A DNA stretch of 64,000 nt from Nanobdellati archaeon (GTDB lineage Archaea; EX4484-52; GLR71): the NCBI GenBank assembly GCA_019429005.1, contig JAHYJR010000001.1, positions 136,663 to 200,662 on the forward strand, written 5' to 3'. The notes beneath the pieces were generated by a model. The model was not told where the DNA came from. It worked only from the letters and a program-made list of their open reading frames with translations, and searched no databases. The first letter of the stretch is position 1. Every line of letters starts with the position of its first letter. Below, in pieces: positions 31,332-40,917 of the stretch. The translations under genes were made by a program, and so were the position numbers.

Positions 31332-33200
31332 CTATTTAACTTCTAAAAGATTCTGTCTATACCATTCATTAAATGCAAAGATATGCCACATATAAGTTGC
31401 AGTATGACCTGTTTGTTTTTTATTAATATTATTTATAATCTTTGAAACAATATTTTTATTATATATCTTTTTTATTGCGGGTTCTTCAAAACTATTTATA
31501 AATCTGTCTTTAAAATCATGTTGTATCCATTTTGTTATTGGTGTGCCATATCCCTGTTTTTTTCGATTTATGATTTCTTTTGGTAATAACTTTTTTACTG
31601 CTTTTTTAAGGATATATTTTGACACATTATTTTTCATTTTTAATTCAGGTGGGGTTGAGAACATAAATTCTATAAGTTTTTTATCTAGAAGAATAACTCG
31701 TTCTTCAACGGAATTTAACATAGTTGATTTATCTGCTTTCATTAAAAACTTTTCAGGCAACAAATTTTTACAATCTAGCCACAACATTTGATTTAATTTA
31801 TTTTTGATATTTTTGGGATAAAGGATTTTATCCGATTCGGTTATATATTCTGTATTTATTAGTTTTTTAGTTTCATTATCCGTAATGCTTTTTGTGGTAT
31901 ATTGGTGTTTATCATAAAAGTTTTTCTGTGTGAAATATAAAACGTTCCTAAATATTTTATTTTGAAATGGATCATCATTATATGGCATTCTTGAGACTGT
32001 TTTTCCAATAAGATCTTTAACTTTAGTTGGCATATCAAATAATTTAGCATATTTGAGATTCATCTTATAATTCTCATAACCCCCAAAAACCTCATCACCC
32101 CCTTCCCCCGCAAGTATAACTGTTACATCTTTTTTTGCAATCTTTGCAAGAAAATGATTAGGTATTACAGCTGCATCACCAACAGGCTCATCATAATAGT
32201 TTATGATGTTTTTCCATTCTTTTTCAAGATTCTTTTCATTTATTTGTATCTCATGATGAATTGTTCCTACATGTTCACTTACAATTTTTGCATAAGGTAA
32301 TTCAGAATTTTGATTATCAAAACCCATAGAATATGTATGAAAATCATATTCTATATGTTTTTTTGCGAGCGCAACCACGGAACTCGAATCTAACCCCCCC
32401 GATAAAAAAGCACCAACGGGCACATCACTCAAAATCTGTTTTTCTGCAGAATCTTCAAGAAGTTTTCGAGCAGTATCAATATAATATTGTTCCGGATGCT
32501 CTGTTTTATTTTCAACAATATTCCAATATTCGTTAATTTTTATATTATTTTTTGAATATATAATATATGTGCCGGGACTTAATTTTTTAATGTTTTTAAA
32601 CATTGTTTCAGTTCCTGGGACGTAACCATAATTAAAATAAGAACTCATTACATCTATATTTAATTCTGGTTTAATATCTTGATATTTATTTATCGCTTTT
32701 ATTTCCGAAGCAAAAATAAAGAGACCATCCACAAAATAATAATATAATGGTTTTATCCCTATATTATCTCTCGCTAGAATCAATTCTTTCTTTTTTGAAT
32801 CCCAGATTGCAAATGCAAAAATACCATTTAACGAATTTAAAAAGGTTTTAATATTTTTTTCAGAATTTAAATTAGTTTTTGTGAATTCTTCATAAAGATG
32901 AATTATCACTTCTGTATCAGAATTTGATTTAAATTTATGTCCTTTTTTTACCAGTTTATGTCTCAATTCTTTATAATTATAAATTTCTCCATTAAATGTA
33001 ATCCATATCGTTTCATCTTCATTAGACATTGGTTGTTTTCCATTTGTGCTTAAATCAATTATCGATAGACGTCTATGACCTAAAGAAATATTTTTATTGA
33101 TATATCTGCCATAACCATCAGGTCCTCTTTTTTGAAGTGTTTTACACATTTCTTTTAGTAATGTTTTATCTTCAAAATTAAAACCGCAAATACCACACAT
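31332..33200 (-). CDS. asnB: Asparagine synthase-like amidotransferase, copy 2
   Basis: MCGICG, RGPD, NGEIYN, LSGGLDSS, GEGGDE. Confidence 0.93.
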   Translation of the reverse strand: MCGICGFNFEDKTLLKEMCKTLQKRGPDGYGRYINKNISLGHRRLSIIDLSTNGKQPMSNEDETIWITFNGEIYNYKELRHKLVKKGHKFKSNSDTEVIIHLYEEFTKTNLNSEKNIKTFLNSLNGIFAFAIWDSKKKELILARDNIGIKPLYYYFVDGLFIFASEIKAINKYQDIKPELNIDVMSSYFNYGYVPGTETMFKNIKKLSPGTYIIYSKNNIKINEYWNIVENKTEHPEQYYIDTARKLLEDSAEKQILSDVPVGAFLSGGLDSSSVVALAKKHIEYDFHTYSMGFDNQNSELPYAKIVSEHVGTIHHEIQINEKNLEKEWKNIINYYDEPVGDAAVIPNHFLAKIAKKDVTVILAGEGGDEVFGGYENYKMNLKYAKLFDMPTKVKDLIGKTVSRMPYNDDPFQNKIFRNVLYFTQKNFYDKHQYTTKSITDNETKKLINTEYITESDKILYPKNIKNKLNQMLWLDCKNLLPEKFLMKADKSTMLNSVEERVILLDKKLIEFMFSTPPELKMKNNVSKYILKKAVKKLLPKEIINRKKQGYGTPITKWIQHDFKDRFINSFEEPAIKKIYNKNIVSKIINNINKKQTGHTATYMWHIFAFNEWYRQNLLEVK

Positions 33201-33249
33201 AATTAGTAATTATGTGCATCATTTATTTAAATAAATTGAGTATTAAGCT

Positions 33250-34296
33250 TTATTCAACAATTTTTAGAATCTTATTACCCCAATCAAACTCAAATTCTTT
33301 TTTCCGCACCAAACAAAGTTTTTGTATTTTTGAATAATTTTTAAATACAGCTTCAAGCCGTAATGTAATTGATCGAGCCGAATTAACCTCAAAAAGCAAT
33401 TCATCATAGTTTAATACTTCACGAATCCCTCCAACACCAGACCCGATACAAGGTGTATCACAACCAAGAGCTTCAAGTATGACGTTAGGACAACCTTCAG
33501 ATTGCGATGGTAATATCAATAGTTCAAATGAGTTAATATGATTTATTGCATCTTTACGCCAACCTAAAAATTCAACTTTGTTTTCAATATTTAATGTTTT
33601 TACTAATTTTTTAAGTTTTTCTTCTTCAGGACCAACACCAATTATAGTTAATTTTTTATGAATATTTGCTTTTGAAAATCCGCGAATTAACAAATCAACA
33701 TTTTTTAATTTATCTAATGTACCAACATAACCAATGTGATTATTAAGTATCTTTTGACCCACATGAATCTCAGGTATATTATTATATACAACATCAATTT
33801 TTTCGGAATCAATATTATATCGTGTAATTATTTTGTTTTTAAGATCTTCAGAGTTTGTAATGATCTTGTCTGCAGAATTAAATGTTATTTTTTGTATGAG
33901 TTTAGTAATAGCTATATTTCGTTTTTTAATCTGAGATTCAAGTAACCAGTCACCCCTAATTAATACAACTAAAGGCACATCAAATATTTTTTTGAGAATC
34001 GCACCTAAAAAACCATATACATCTCCAAAGACAATTATTTTATCAATATCTTCTTTTTTTATAACTAGGCTAGATTTAATTAGCATAGAAGAAAACAGAG
34101 TAAAATATCGTAGGTATGTGAATTTATGAAATAGTTTATTCTCGTTTAATTTATAGAATTGTCCTTTAATATTTAATTTTGTCGTTGAAACATAATATAT
34201 TTGATTTGCTGATTTCTCTAATGTGTCTAATAATGTAATTAATCGTTTTTTAAACCCCCCTTCAACATCAATCTGAAAAAATGTAAGCATTTTCAT
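33250..34296 (-). CDS. GT4 glycosyltransferase
   Basis: YVGTLDKLKN; SEGCPNVILEAL (EX7E motif). Confidence 0.9.
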   Translation of the reverse strand: MKMLTFFQIDVEGGFKKRLITLLDTLEKSANQIYYVSTTKLNIKGQFYKLNENKLFHKFTYLRYFTLFSSMLIKSSLVIKKEDIDKIIVFGDVYGFLGAILKKIFDVPLVVLIRGDWLLESQIKKRNIAITKLIQKITFNSADKIITNSEDLKNKIITRYNIDSEKIDVVYNNIPEIHVGQKILNNHIGYVGTLDKLKNVDLLIRGFSKANIHKKLTIIGVGPEEEKLKKLVKTLNIENKVEFLGWRKDAINHINSFELLILPSQSEGCPNVILEALGCDTPCIGSGVGGIREVLNYDELLFEVNSARSITLRLEAVFKNYSKIQKLCLVRKKEFEFDWGNKILKIVE

Positions 34297-34369
34297 ATTA
34301 ATTAAAGTATTTATAAATTATTTAACATTATCTAAAACAATTTAAAAACCGTTTTCTATAATATTACCT

Positions 34370-35200
34370 ATGAAAACCAGAATCTCTATGACAATATCAA
34401 AAGATCTTCTTAAAAAACTAGATTCTGTTGTAGATGGGGTTCAAGCAAGATCACGTTCCGAAGCAATTGAGAATATCTTAAACCTGTATCTTGATTCAAA
34501 TAAGGTTGCTGTTTTTCTTGCGGGTGGAAATAAAGATAACTTGAAGATTGATGGTGTTTATAAACCCTTAATTAAAATAGATGGACACTATTTAATTGAT
34601 TTTGCAATAGATAATCTCAAGAAAGCTGGATTTAGAAAAATATTTTGTATTGGGTCTGATGAAATCCTAAAAAAGATCTTCAAAGTTCTTGGAAATGGCG
34701 AAAACAACAACCTAAATATCACATATATTGAAGAAAATAAAGTACAAGGTAATGCGAAAACACTCCAGCTTGCAGAACAATACATAACCTCACCTTTTTT
34801 AGTAATACCAATAGACAATTATTTTGATTTTGATTTGAATAGTCTTTTTAGAAAACATATGCTTCATGATAGTCTTGCAACCGTTGCAGTTCAGGCGACA
34901 AGAGAAAATCTTTCAGACCTTGGTGTTGTTGAGATGTTGGGTGACAAGATTACAGGGTATGAAGAGTGTCCAAAAAATCCAAAAACGTTTATTGCATCAA
35001 CATCAATTGCAATTTATAATCCAAAAATTTTCAGTTATATTCCTAAAGGTGACATTAAGTGGGTCTTGCAGAAAGATGTTTTTCCAAAAATTGTAGCTGA
35101 ACATAAAATGTACGGTTGTATGGTTGGCGGTCCTAGATTAAATATACATACAAAAGACGACATAACAAGACTTAAAAAGATTATTTCTCATAAAAAGTAA
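34370..35200 (+). CDS. Ribbon-helix-helix (CopG/NikR-like) domain fused to a degenerate sugar-phosphate nucleotidyltransferase; putative transcription regulator
   Basis: N-terminal KTRISMTISKDLLKKLD...SRSEAIENIL (RHH pattern); NTP_transferase fold with LAGGNKDNL in place of GGxGTRL. Confidence 0.8.
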   Translation: MKTRISMTISKDLLKKLDSVVDGVQARSRSEAIENILNLYLDSNKVAVFLAGGNKDNLKIDGVYKPLIKIDGHYLIDFAIDNLKKAGFRKIFCIGSDEILKKIFKVLGNGENNNLNITYIEENKVQGNAKTLQLAEQYITSPFLVIPIDNYFDFDLNSLFRKHMLHDSLATVAVQATRENLSDLGVVEMLGDKITGYEECPKNPKTFIASTSIAIYNPKIFSYIPKGDIKWVLQKDVFPKIVAEHKMYGCMVGGPRLNIHTKDDITRLKKIISHKK

Positions 35201-35246
35201 TACTAAAGTATTACTTAGTATTAAACCGGTTTATATACTTAATACC
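35195..35246. promoter_or_regulatory. Operator-like repeat cluster and TATA box upstream of the epimerase/dehydrogenase operon
   Basis: Perfect inverted repeat AAGTAATACT-AA-AGTATTACTT (35195-35216); second AGTATTA at 35217; palindrome TAAACCGGTTTA (35222-35233) overlapping TTTATA. Confidence 0.55.
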
Positions 35247-35269
35247 AAATATTAAAATAAGTGATTTTT

Positions 35270-36199
35270 ATGGCAAAATATCTTGTAACAGGTGGCGCAG
35301 GTTTTATTGGTTCTAACATTGTTCGTGAACTTGTAAAACAAAAAGAGGAAGTTATTGTTATTGATAATCTTTTGACAGGGTATATTGAAAATATTTCAGA
35401 TATAATGGATAATATCAATTTTATTGAAGAGGATATAAGAGATTTTGATAAGATCAGACCACATTTTAACGGTGTTGATTATGTTCTTCATCAGGCAGCT
35501 TTACCTTCTGTACCAAAATCTTTATTAGACCCCATAAAATCAAACGATATAAATATTAATGGGACTTTGAATGTTCTTGAAGCATCAAAACAAGCGGGCG
35601 TAAAAAGATTAGTTTATGCTGCATCATCTTCAGCATATGGCGATACACCAACACTTCCAAAACGTGAGGATATGAAAATCAGTCCATTATCACCATACGC
35701 AGTATCTAAAGTTACAGGTGAACTTTATTCAAAAGTATATTCAAATGTTTTTGGTCTTGATACAGTCTCAATAAGATATTTCAACGTTTTTGGACCTAGA
35801 CAGGACCCAAATTCAGCATATGCAGCAGTAATTCCGAAATTCATAAAAAGCATGCTGAAAGGTGTTTCACCAACAGTATATGGTGATGGCACACAAACTA
35901 GGGATTTCACATTCATAAAAAATGTTGTGAATGCGAATATCTTAGCGACAAAAGTAAAAGAAAACCTGAATGGCGAGACTATAAATGTTGCATGTAATGA
36001 AAGAATAACATTAAATGAATTGGTCAATCTATTAAATAAACATCTTAATACGAATATAGAACCAGAATATGTTGATGAAAAAGCTGGAGATATCAAACAT
36101 TCTCTTGCAGATATCTCAAAAGCAAAACAATTGATTGGATATAGTCCAATCACATTTCTTGAAGAAGGTCTTAAAGAGACTATTAAATGGTATAATTAA
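35270..36199 (+). CDS. UDP-GlcNAc(A) 4-epimerase (WbpP/TviC-like SDR)
   Basis: TGGAGFIG; HQAALPSVPKS; AASSSAYGD; SPYAVSK; RYFNVFGPRQDP-YAAVIP. Confidence 0.9.
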   Translation: MAKYLVTGGAGFIGSNIVRELVKQKEEVIVIDNLLTGYIENISDIMDNINFIEEDIRDFDKIRPHFNGVDYVLHQAALPSVPKSLLDPIKSNDININGTLNVLEASKQAGVKRLVYAASSSAYGDTPTLPKREDMKISPLSPYAVSKVTGELYSKVYSNVFGLDTVSIRYFNVFGPRQDPNSAYAAVIPKFIKSMLKGVSPTVYGDGTQTRDFTFIKNVVNANILATKVKENLNGETINVACNERITLNELVNLLNKHLNTNIEPEYVDEKAGDIKHSLADISKAKQLIGYSPITFLEEGLKETIKWYN

Positions 36200-36208
36200 G
36201 TGATAAGT

Positions 36209-37498
36209 ATGAATCAAAAAGTCTGTGTCTGCGGTCTAGGTTATGTCGGTCTTCCTCTTGCAATAGAATTTGCAAAAAATAATCAATATACAATTGGTTT
36301 TGATGTTGATTCTAAAAAGATAAATTTACTCAAATCAGGAAAAGATCCAATTGGTGAAATTGGAGATACTATTATAAGTGCTCTTGTAAAAAACAAAGTA
36401 ATAAATTTTACACAAAACCCCTCTGACATAAAAGAAGCCGATTTCGTGATAATGGCAGTACCAACACCAATCACAAAAAACAGAAAACCCGATTTATCTT
36501 ATGTTGAAGGTGTAGCAAAAACGGTCGGTCAGAACTTAAAAATGGGTGCAATTATAATTCTTGAATCAACAGTATATCCAGGTGTTACCGAAGATATCTT
36601 AGGACCAATTCTTGAAAAAGAGTCAGGAATGACTTGCGGCACAGATTTCAAAATTGGTTACTCTCCAGAACGTATAAACCCCGGAGATACAGAGCATACG
36701 ATTGATAAAGTGATAAAAGTCGTAAGCGGTATGGACGAAGATTCAACAGATAAGATTGCAACGTTATATAGGACTGTTGCAAAAGCAGGCGTGTTCAGAG
36801 CAAAAGACATAAAGACTGCTGAAGCCGCAAAAGTTATAGAAAACATTCAACGTGATTTGAATATCGCACTTACAAACGAATTATCAATTATTTTTGATAA
36901 AATGGGAATTGACACAAAATCCGTAATTGATGCAGCCGCAACAAAATGGAATTTTCATAGGTATACACCCGGTCTTGTAGGTGGTCATTGCATACCTGTT
37001 GATCCTTATTATCTTGTCCATAAGGCAGAAGAGTTAGGATATAATCCAAAAGTAATACTTGCAGGTAGGACTATAAATGATTACATGCCAAAACATGTTG
37101 CAGAACAAGCAATTAAATGCCTTAATTCCGCAGAAAAAATAATCAAAGGTTCAAAAGTGCTTATCGCAGGACTGACTTTCAAGGAAAATGTTAAAGATAC
37201 AAGAACATCTCCCGCAAAAGACATTATAAAATATCTTAATGAATTTGAGATTGATATCTATGGATATGATCCTCTTTTAACTGATGAAGAAATAAACTCA
37301 TTCGGAATCACGTCAGCAAATACACCTTTTGGTCAGTATGATGGAATAATCATTATGAGTCCTCATGAAGAAATCAAATCGATAAATCTTAAAGATCTTA
37401 AAAACAGCATGTCTGAAAACCCTGTCATAATTGATGTCAAAGGCAGTTTAAATTTTAATGATGTTAAGTCAAACGGGTTTATATATAAAAAATTATGA
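36209..37498 (+). CDS. UDP-N-acetylhexosamine 6-dehydrogenase (WbpO/TviB/WecC-like)
   Basis: GLGYVGLPLA; AVPTP; ESTVYPG; YSPERINPG; ENIQRDLNIA; PGLVGGHCI; GLTFKEN. Confidence 0.92.
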   Translation: MNQKVCVCGLGYVGLPLAIEFAKNNQYTIGFDVDSKKINLLKSGKDPIGEIGDTIISALVKNKVINFTQNPSDIKEADFVIMAVPTPITKNRKPDLSYVEGVAKTVGQNLKMGAIIILESTVYPGVTEDILGPILEKESGMTCGTDFKIGYSPERINPGDTEHTIDKVIKVVSGMDEDSTDKIATLYRTVAKAGVFRAKDIKTAEAAKVIENIQRDLNIALTNELSIIFDKMGIDTKSVIDAAATKWNFHRYTPGLVGGHCIPVDPYYLVHKAEELGYNPKVILAGRTINDYMPKHVAEQAIKCLNSAEKIIKGSKVLIAGLTFKENVKDTRTSPAKDIIKYLNEFEIDIYGYDPLLTDEEINSFGITSANTPFGQYDGIIIMSPHEEIKSINLKDLKNSMSENPVIIDVKGSLNFNDVKSNGFIYKKL

Positions 37499-37594
37499 TA
37501 AACATATCACAAAATCATAATAAATTCATAATATTTATTTAACAAGATTATAACATATTAAAAGATTGCAATAGACTATATTTATTAGATTTGG

Positions 37595-38746
37595 ATGAAA
37601 AAGACAATTTTGTTAACAGGTTCAAAAGAATATCCTTTTGGCACAAATCAAGGTGACGATTCAATCCCTTCAGGAGGTATTGAAGTATACACTACTCGTT
37701 TTGTGAAAGAGTTTTCAAAATATAAAAATATAAATCTAAAGATAATCACAAGAAAATTCAAAGGAACAAAATCTTATGAAAAAAAAGACAACATTGAAAT
37801 CTATCGTGTCAGTTGGATAAGGGGTTTTTTCTTAAGGAATATTTCGTTTAATTTTTTCTCATTTTTAAAATATTTAACTTTAGACTTTGATATCCTCTTT
37901 GCGACAGGACCCTTTGCAGTTCTTTTTGCTAAATTAACAAAATTACTAAAAAACAAGAAACTCGTCGCAAGACCTGCAGGAATCAGTTGCAGCCAACCAC
38001 AATACAATTCAATCTTAAGATTTGTTTTAAAACAAATTGAAATCTTAGCTTACAGAAATACGGATTGTATAGTATTTTTATCAAACGAAGAAAAAATCCA
38101 GTTCACAAAAAAGCTAGGTATCAAACCCCAAAAAGATACGATTATCCCAACTGGAATAAACATTACAGATTATGAGAATATAATTTCTGCTAAGATAAAA
38201 GATGAATTTAATCTGAAAGGAAAAACCGTTATAACTTTTATTGGACGATTGATTGAAGTTAAAGGTTTAAAATATTTGATTGATGCTGTAAAAGAAATCA
38301 AAAACAAAGACATTATAATACTTCTTGTGGGAGACGGTCCAGAAAGAATTAAATTAGAATCTTATGTTAAAAAGCAAGATTTAAAAGATAAAATAATTTT
38401 CACAGGCCAGAGATCTGATATTCCCGAGTTACTCGCATCAACAGATATTTTCATAATGCCAAGTTTGTCAGAAGGTTTACCTGCATCACTTCTTGAAGCA
38501 ATGGCGTCAGAAATACCCTCCGTTGTAACCGATATTGGACTTCCTGTTGAAAACAGAAAGACTGCTTTAGTTGTGCCATCTAAAGATTCAAAAGTTTTAG
38601 CAGATGCAATAGATGAATTGATTAAAGATCCTAAATTAGCAAGTGTTATTGGTAAAAATGCAAAAGTGCATATAAAAAACAATTTTTCATGGGATTACGC
38701 AGTTTTAAGATATAAGAAATTATTTGATAAATTATATGATAGATAA
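37595..38746 (+). CDS. GT4 glycosyltransferase
   Basis: SGGIE; FIGRLIEVKG; SEGLPASLLEAM. Confidence 0.9.
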   Translation: MKKTILLTGSKEYPFGTNQGDDSIPSGGIEVYTTRFVKEFSKYKNINLKIITRKFKGTKSYEKKDNIEIYRVSWIRGFFLRNISFNFFSFLKYLTLDFDILFATGPFAVLFAKLTKLLKNKKLVARPAGISCSQPQYNSILRFVLKQIEILAYRNTDCIVFLSNEEKIQFTKKLGIKPQKDTIIPTGINITDYENIISAKIKDEFNLKGKTVITFIGRLIEVKGLKYLIDAVKEIKNKDIIILLVGDGPERIKLESYVKKQDLKDKIIFTGQRSDIPELLASTDIFIMPSLSEGLPASLLEAMASEIPSVVTDIGLPVENRKTALVVPSKDSKVLADAIDELIKDPKLASVIGKNAKVHIKNNFSWDYAVLRYKKLFDKLYDR

Positions 38747-38757
38747 AGGGATTTGTT

Positions 38758-40641
38758 ATGTGTGGTATATGCGGTTTTTATGGTCTTGAAGATAAACCAC
38801 TAATCAAAAAAATGACAAATATTTTATCGCACCGAGGTCCCGACGATTCTGGTTATTTTATAGACAAAAACATCACTCTTGCACACAGACGTCTTAGCAT
38901 AATTGATATTAAAGGTGGTCATCAACCTATACATAACGAGGATGAGACTGTTTGGGTTGTTTTTAATGGTGAAATTTATAATTATAAAGAATTGAGGGAA
39001 CGGTTAGAAAATAAAAATCACAAGTTTTATACAAATACAGATACTGAAACAATAATCCATGCATATGAAGAATTCGGCCTTGGTTTTGTAAAACATCTTG
39101 ACGGTGATTTTGCTTTTGCTCTTTATGATAAAAATAAGAAAAGACTGATTCTTGCACGAGATAAATTAGGTGTAAAACCAATATATTATTCGAATATAGA
39201 TGACAAATTGTTATTTGCATCAGAGATAAAATCGATTCTACAATATCCTGGTTTCAAAAGAACGTTAAATATGGATGCTGTAAACGAATTTTTCACATTC
39301 ACATATCCTATTGCACCAAACACAATGTTTCAGAATATACAAATGTTACCGCCCGCAACAATCCTTATTTATGAAAACAATAAAATCCTAACTAAAAAAT
39401 ATTGGACTTTTTCAATGAAAGATGAAATATTAACCGAAAACGAAATCATAAAAAAAATCAAAAGATATCTTAATGATGCAGTTGAGAAACGTATGTTCTC
39501 CGATGTGCCTATAGGTGCATTTCTTTCAGGTGGTCTTGATTCAAGTTATGTTGTAGCTCTTATGAGCAAATTTTCAGATAATCCTGTAAATACCTTTTCA
39601 GTGTCTTTTGGTGAATCTAGCGACGAGACTAAATTTGCAAAAATCATAGCAGACAAATTTGACACAAATCATAGAGAACTTAAAGTGGATTCTTCAAAAC
39701 CAAAATTATTGCCTGAAGTCACATGGCATCTTGATACGCCTGCAGCAGATGTTGCTGCAATACCAACATACCTTATGTCTGAAGTGACATCAAAATATGT
39801 TAAAGTTGTTTTAACCGGTGACGGTGGTGATGAGGTTTTTGGTGGTTATAAAAAATATGCTATACTTTCAAACTTAAACACATTGAAAAACAAGATTCCT
39901 ACTAATTTAAAGTCAAAGATAATATCTCTTGGTGCAATGAGTGGAAAGACAACTGTTCTAAGGAGATTATTTGATAACATATCATCCCTTTCAACTGAAG
40001 ATGAATATCTTTCATATATTTCAGCGTTTACAAATGATGAAAAATTGCAAGCATTACAACCAAGTATAACTGATCAATTTAATTTAGATTCAGCTAAAAA
40101 GGTAATTCAAAAACATTTCAACGAAAATATATCTTTTACAAATAACATGATGTTTTTTGATTTAAAGACATTGCTTCCAGATGATTATCTTATGAAGGTT
40201 GATAAGATGACAATGGCAAACTCTCTTGAAGCACGAGTACCTTTTCTTGACTCAAAATTAGTTGAATTTATGGCATCCCTCAATCCAAAATATAAAGTAA
40301 ACAATTTTTCAACAAAATACATATTCAAAAAAGTTCTCAAAGAGGAAGGAATACCAAGAACAATACTGAACCGTAAAAAACACGGATTTAATGTACCAAC
40401 ATCCTCATGGCTTGATGGCGAGTTGGGTGAGATTGTATCACAATTATTCTCATCAAGACATCGCAATCCATACATTAATTCGAGATACGCACGAAAAGTT
40501 ATTCAAGATTTTAACAAATCTAAGCGATATTACAGCAAGAAATTCTGGACACTTTTCACATTTGAAATTTGGCGCAGGATGTATTTTGAACAAGAAGATA
40601 TCAAAAAACCGTTATCTTTTGATAAGTTATTATCTTTGTAA
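38758..40641 (+). CDS. asnB: Asparagine synthase-like amidotransferase, copy 3
   Basis: MCGICG, HRGPD, NGEIYN, LSGGLDSS, GDGGDE, EARVPFLD. Confidence 0.93.
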   Translation: MCGICGFYGLEDKPLIKKMTNILSHRGPDDSGYFIDKNITLAHRRLSIIDIKGGHQPIHNEDETVWVVFNGEIYNYKELRERLENKNHKFYTNTDTETIIHAYEEFGLGFVKHLDGDFAFALYDKNKKRLILARDKLGVKPIYYSNIDDKLLFASEIKSILQYPGFKRTLNMDAVNEFFTFTYPIAPNTMFQNIQMLPPATILIYENNKILTKKYWTFSMKDEILTENEIIKKIKRYLNDAVEKRMFSDVPIGAFLSGGLDSSYVVALMSKFSDNPVNTFSVSFGESSDETKFAKIIADKFDTNHRELKVDSSKPKLLPEVTWHLDTPAADVAAIPTYLMSEVTSKYVKVVLTGDGGDEVFGGYKKYAILSNLNTLKNKIPTNLKSKIISLGAMSGKTTVLRRLFDNISSLSTEDEYLSYISAFTNDEKLQALQPSITDQFNLDSAKKVIQKHFNENISFTNNMMFFDLKTLLPDDYLMKVDKMTMANSLEARVPFLDSKLVEFMASLNPKYKVNNFSTKYIFKKVLKEEGIPRTILNRKKHGFNVPTSSWLDGELGEIVSQLFSSRHRNPYINSRYARKVIQDFNKSKRYYSKKFWTLFTFEIWRRMYFEQEDIKKPLSFDKLLSL

Positions 40642-40917
40642 TCTGTATTTATCACTAAGATAATTTAATTATGTGTCTGAAAAACGTATAGTATATTACA
40701 TTTTAAGACTTATAGTACCTTTTTGTTTAATTAAACCATAATTATAAACAACAACAAGACCTTATGTAGTATACTATATAACAAACACCATAAACTTAGG
40801 TATTATATTACATAACTTTACAAACAAAAACAAATTAAGCCTTATAGAATGATATTTAGTTAACTTAAAAAATAACTAATTCCAATCTTTTTAATTCTCT
40901 ACATACAAATTAATACT

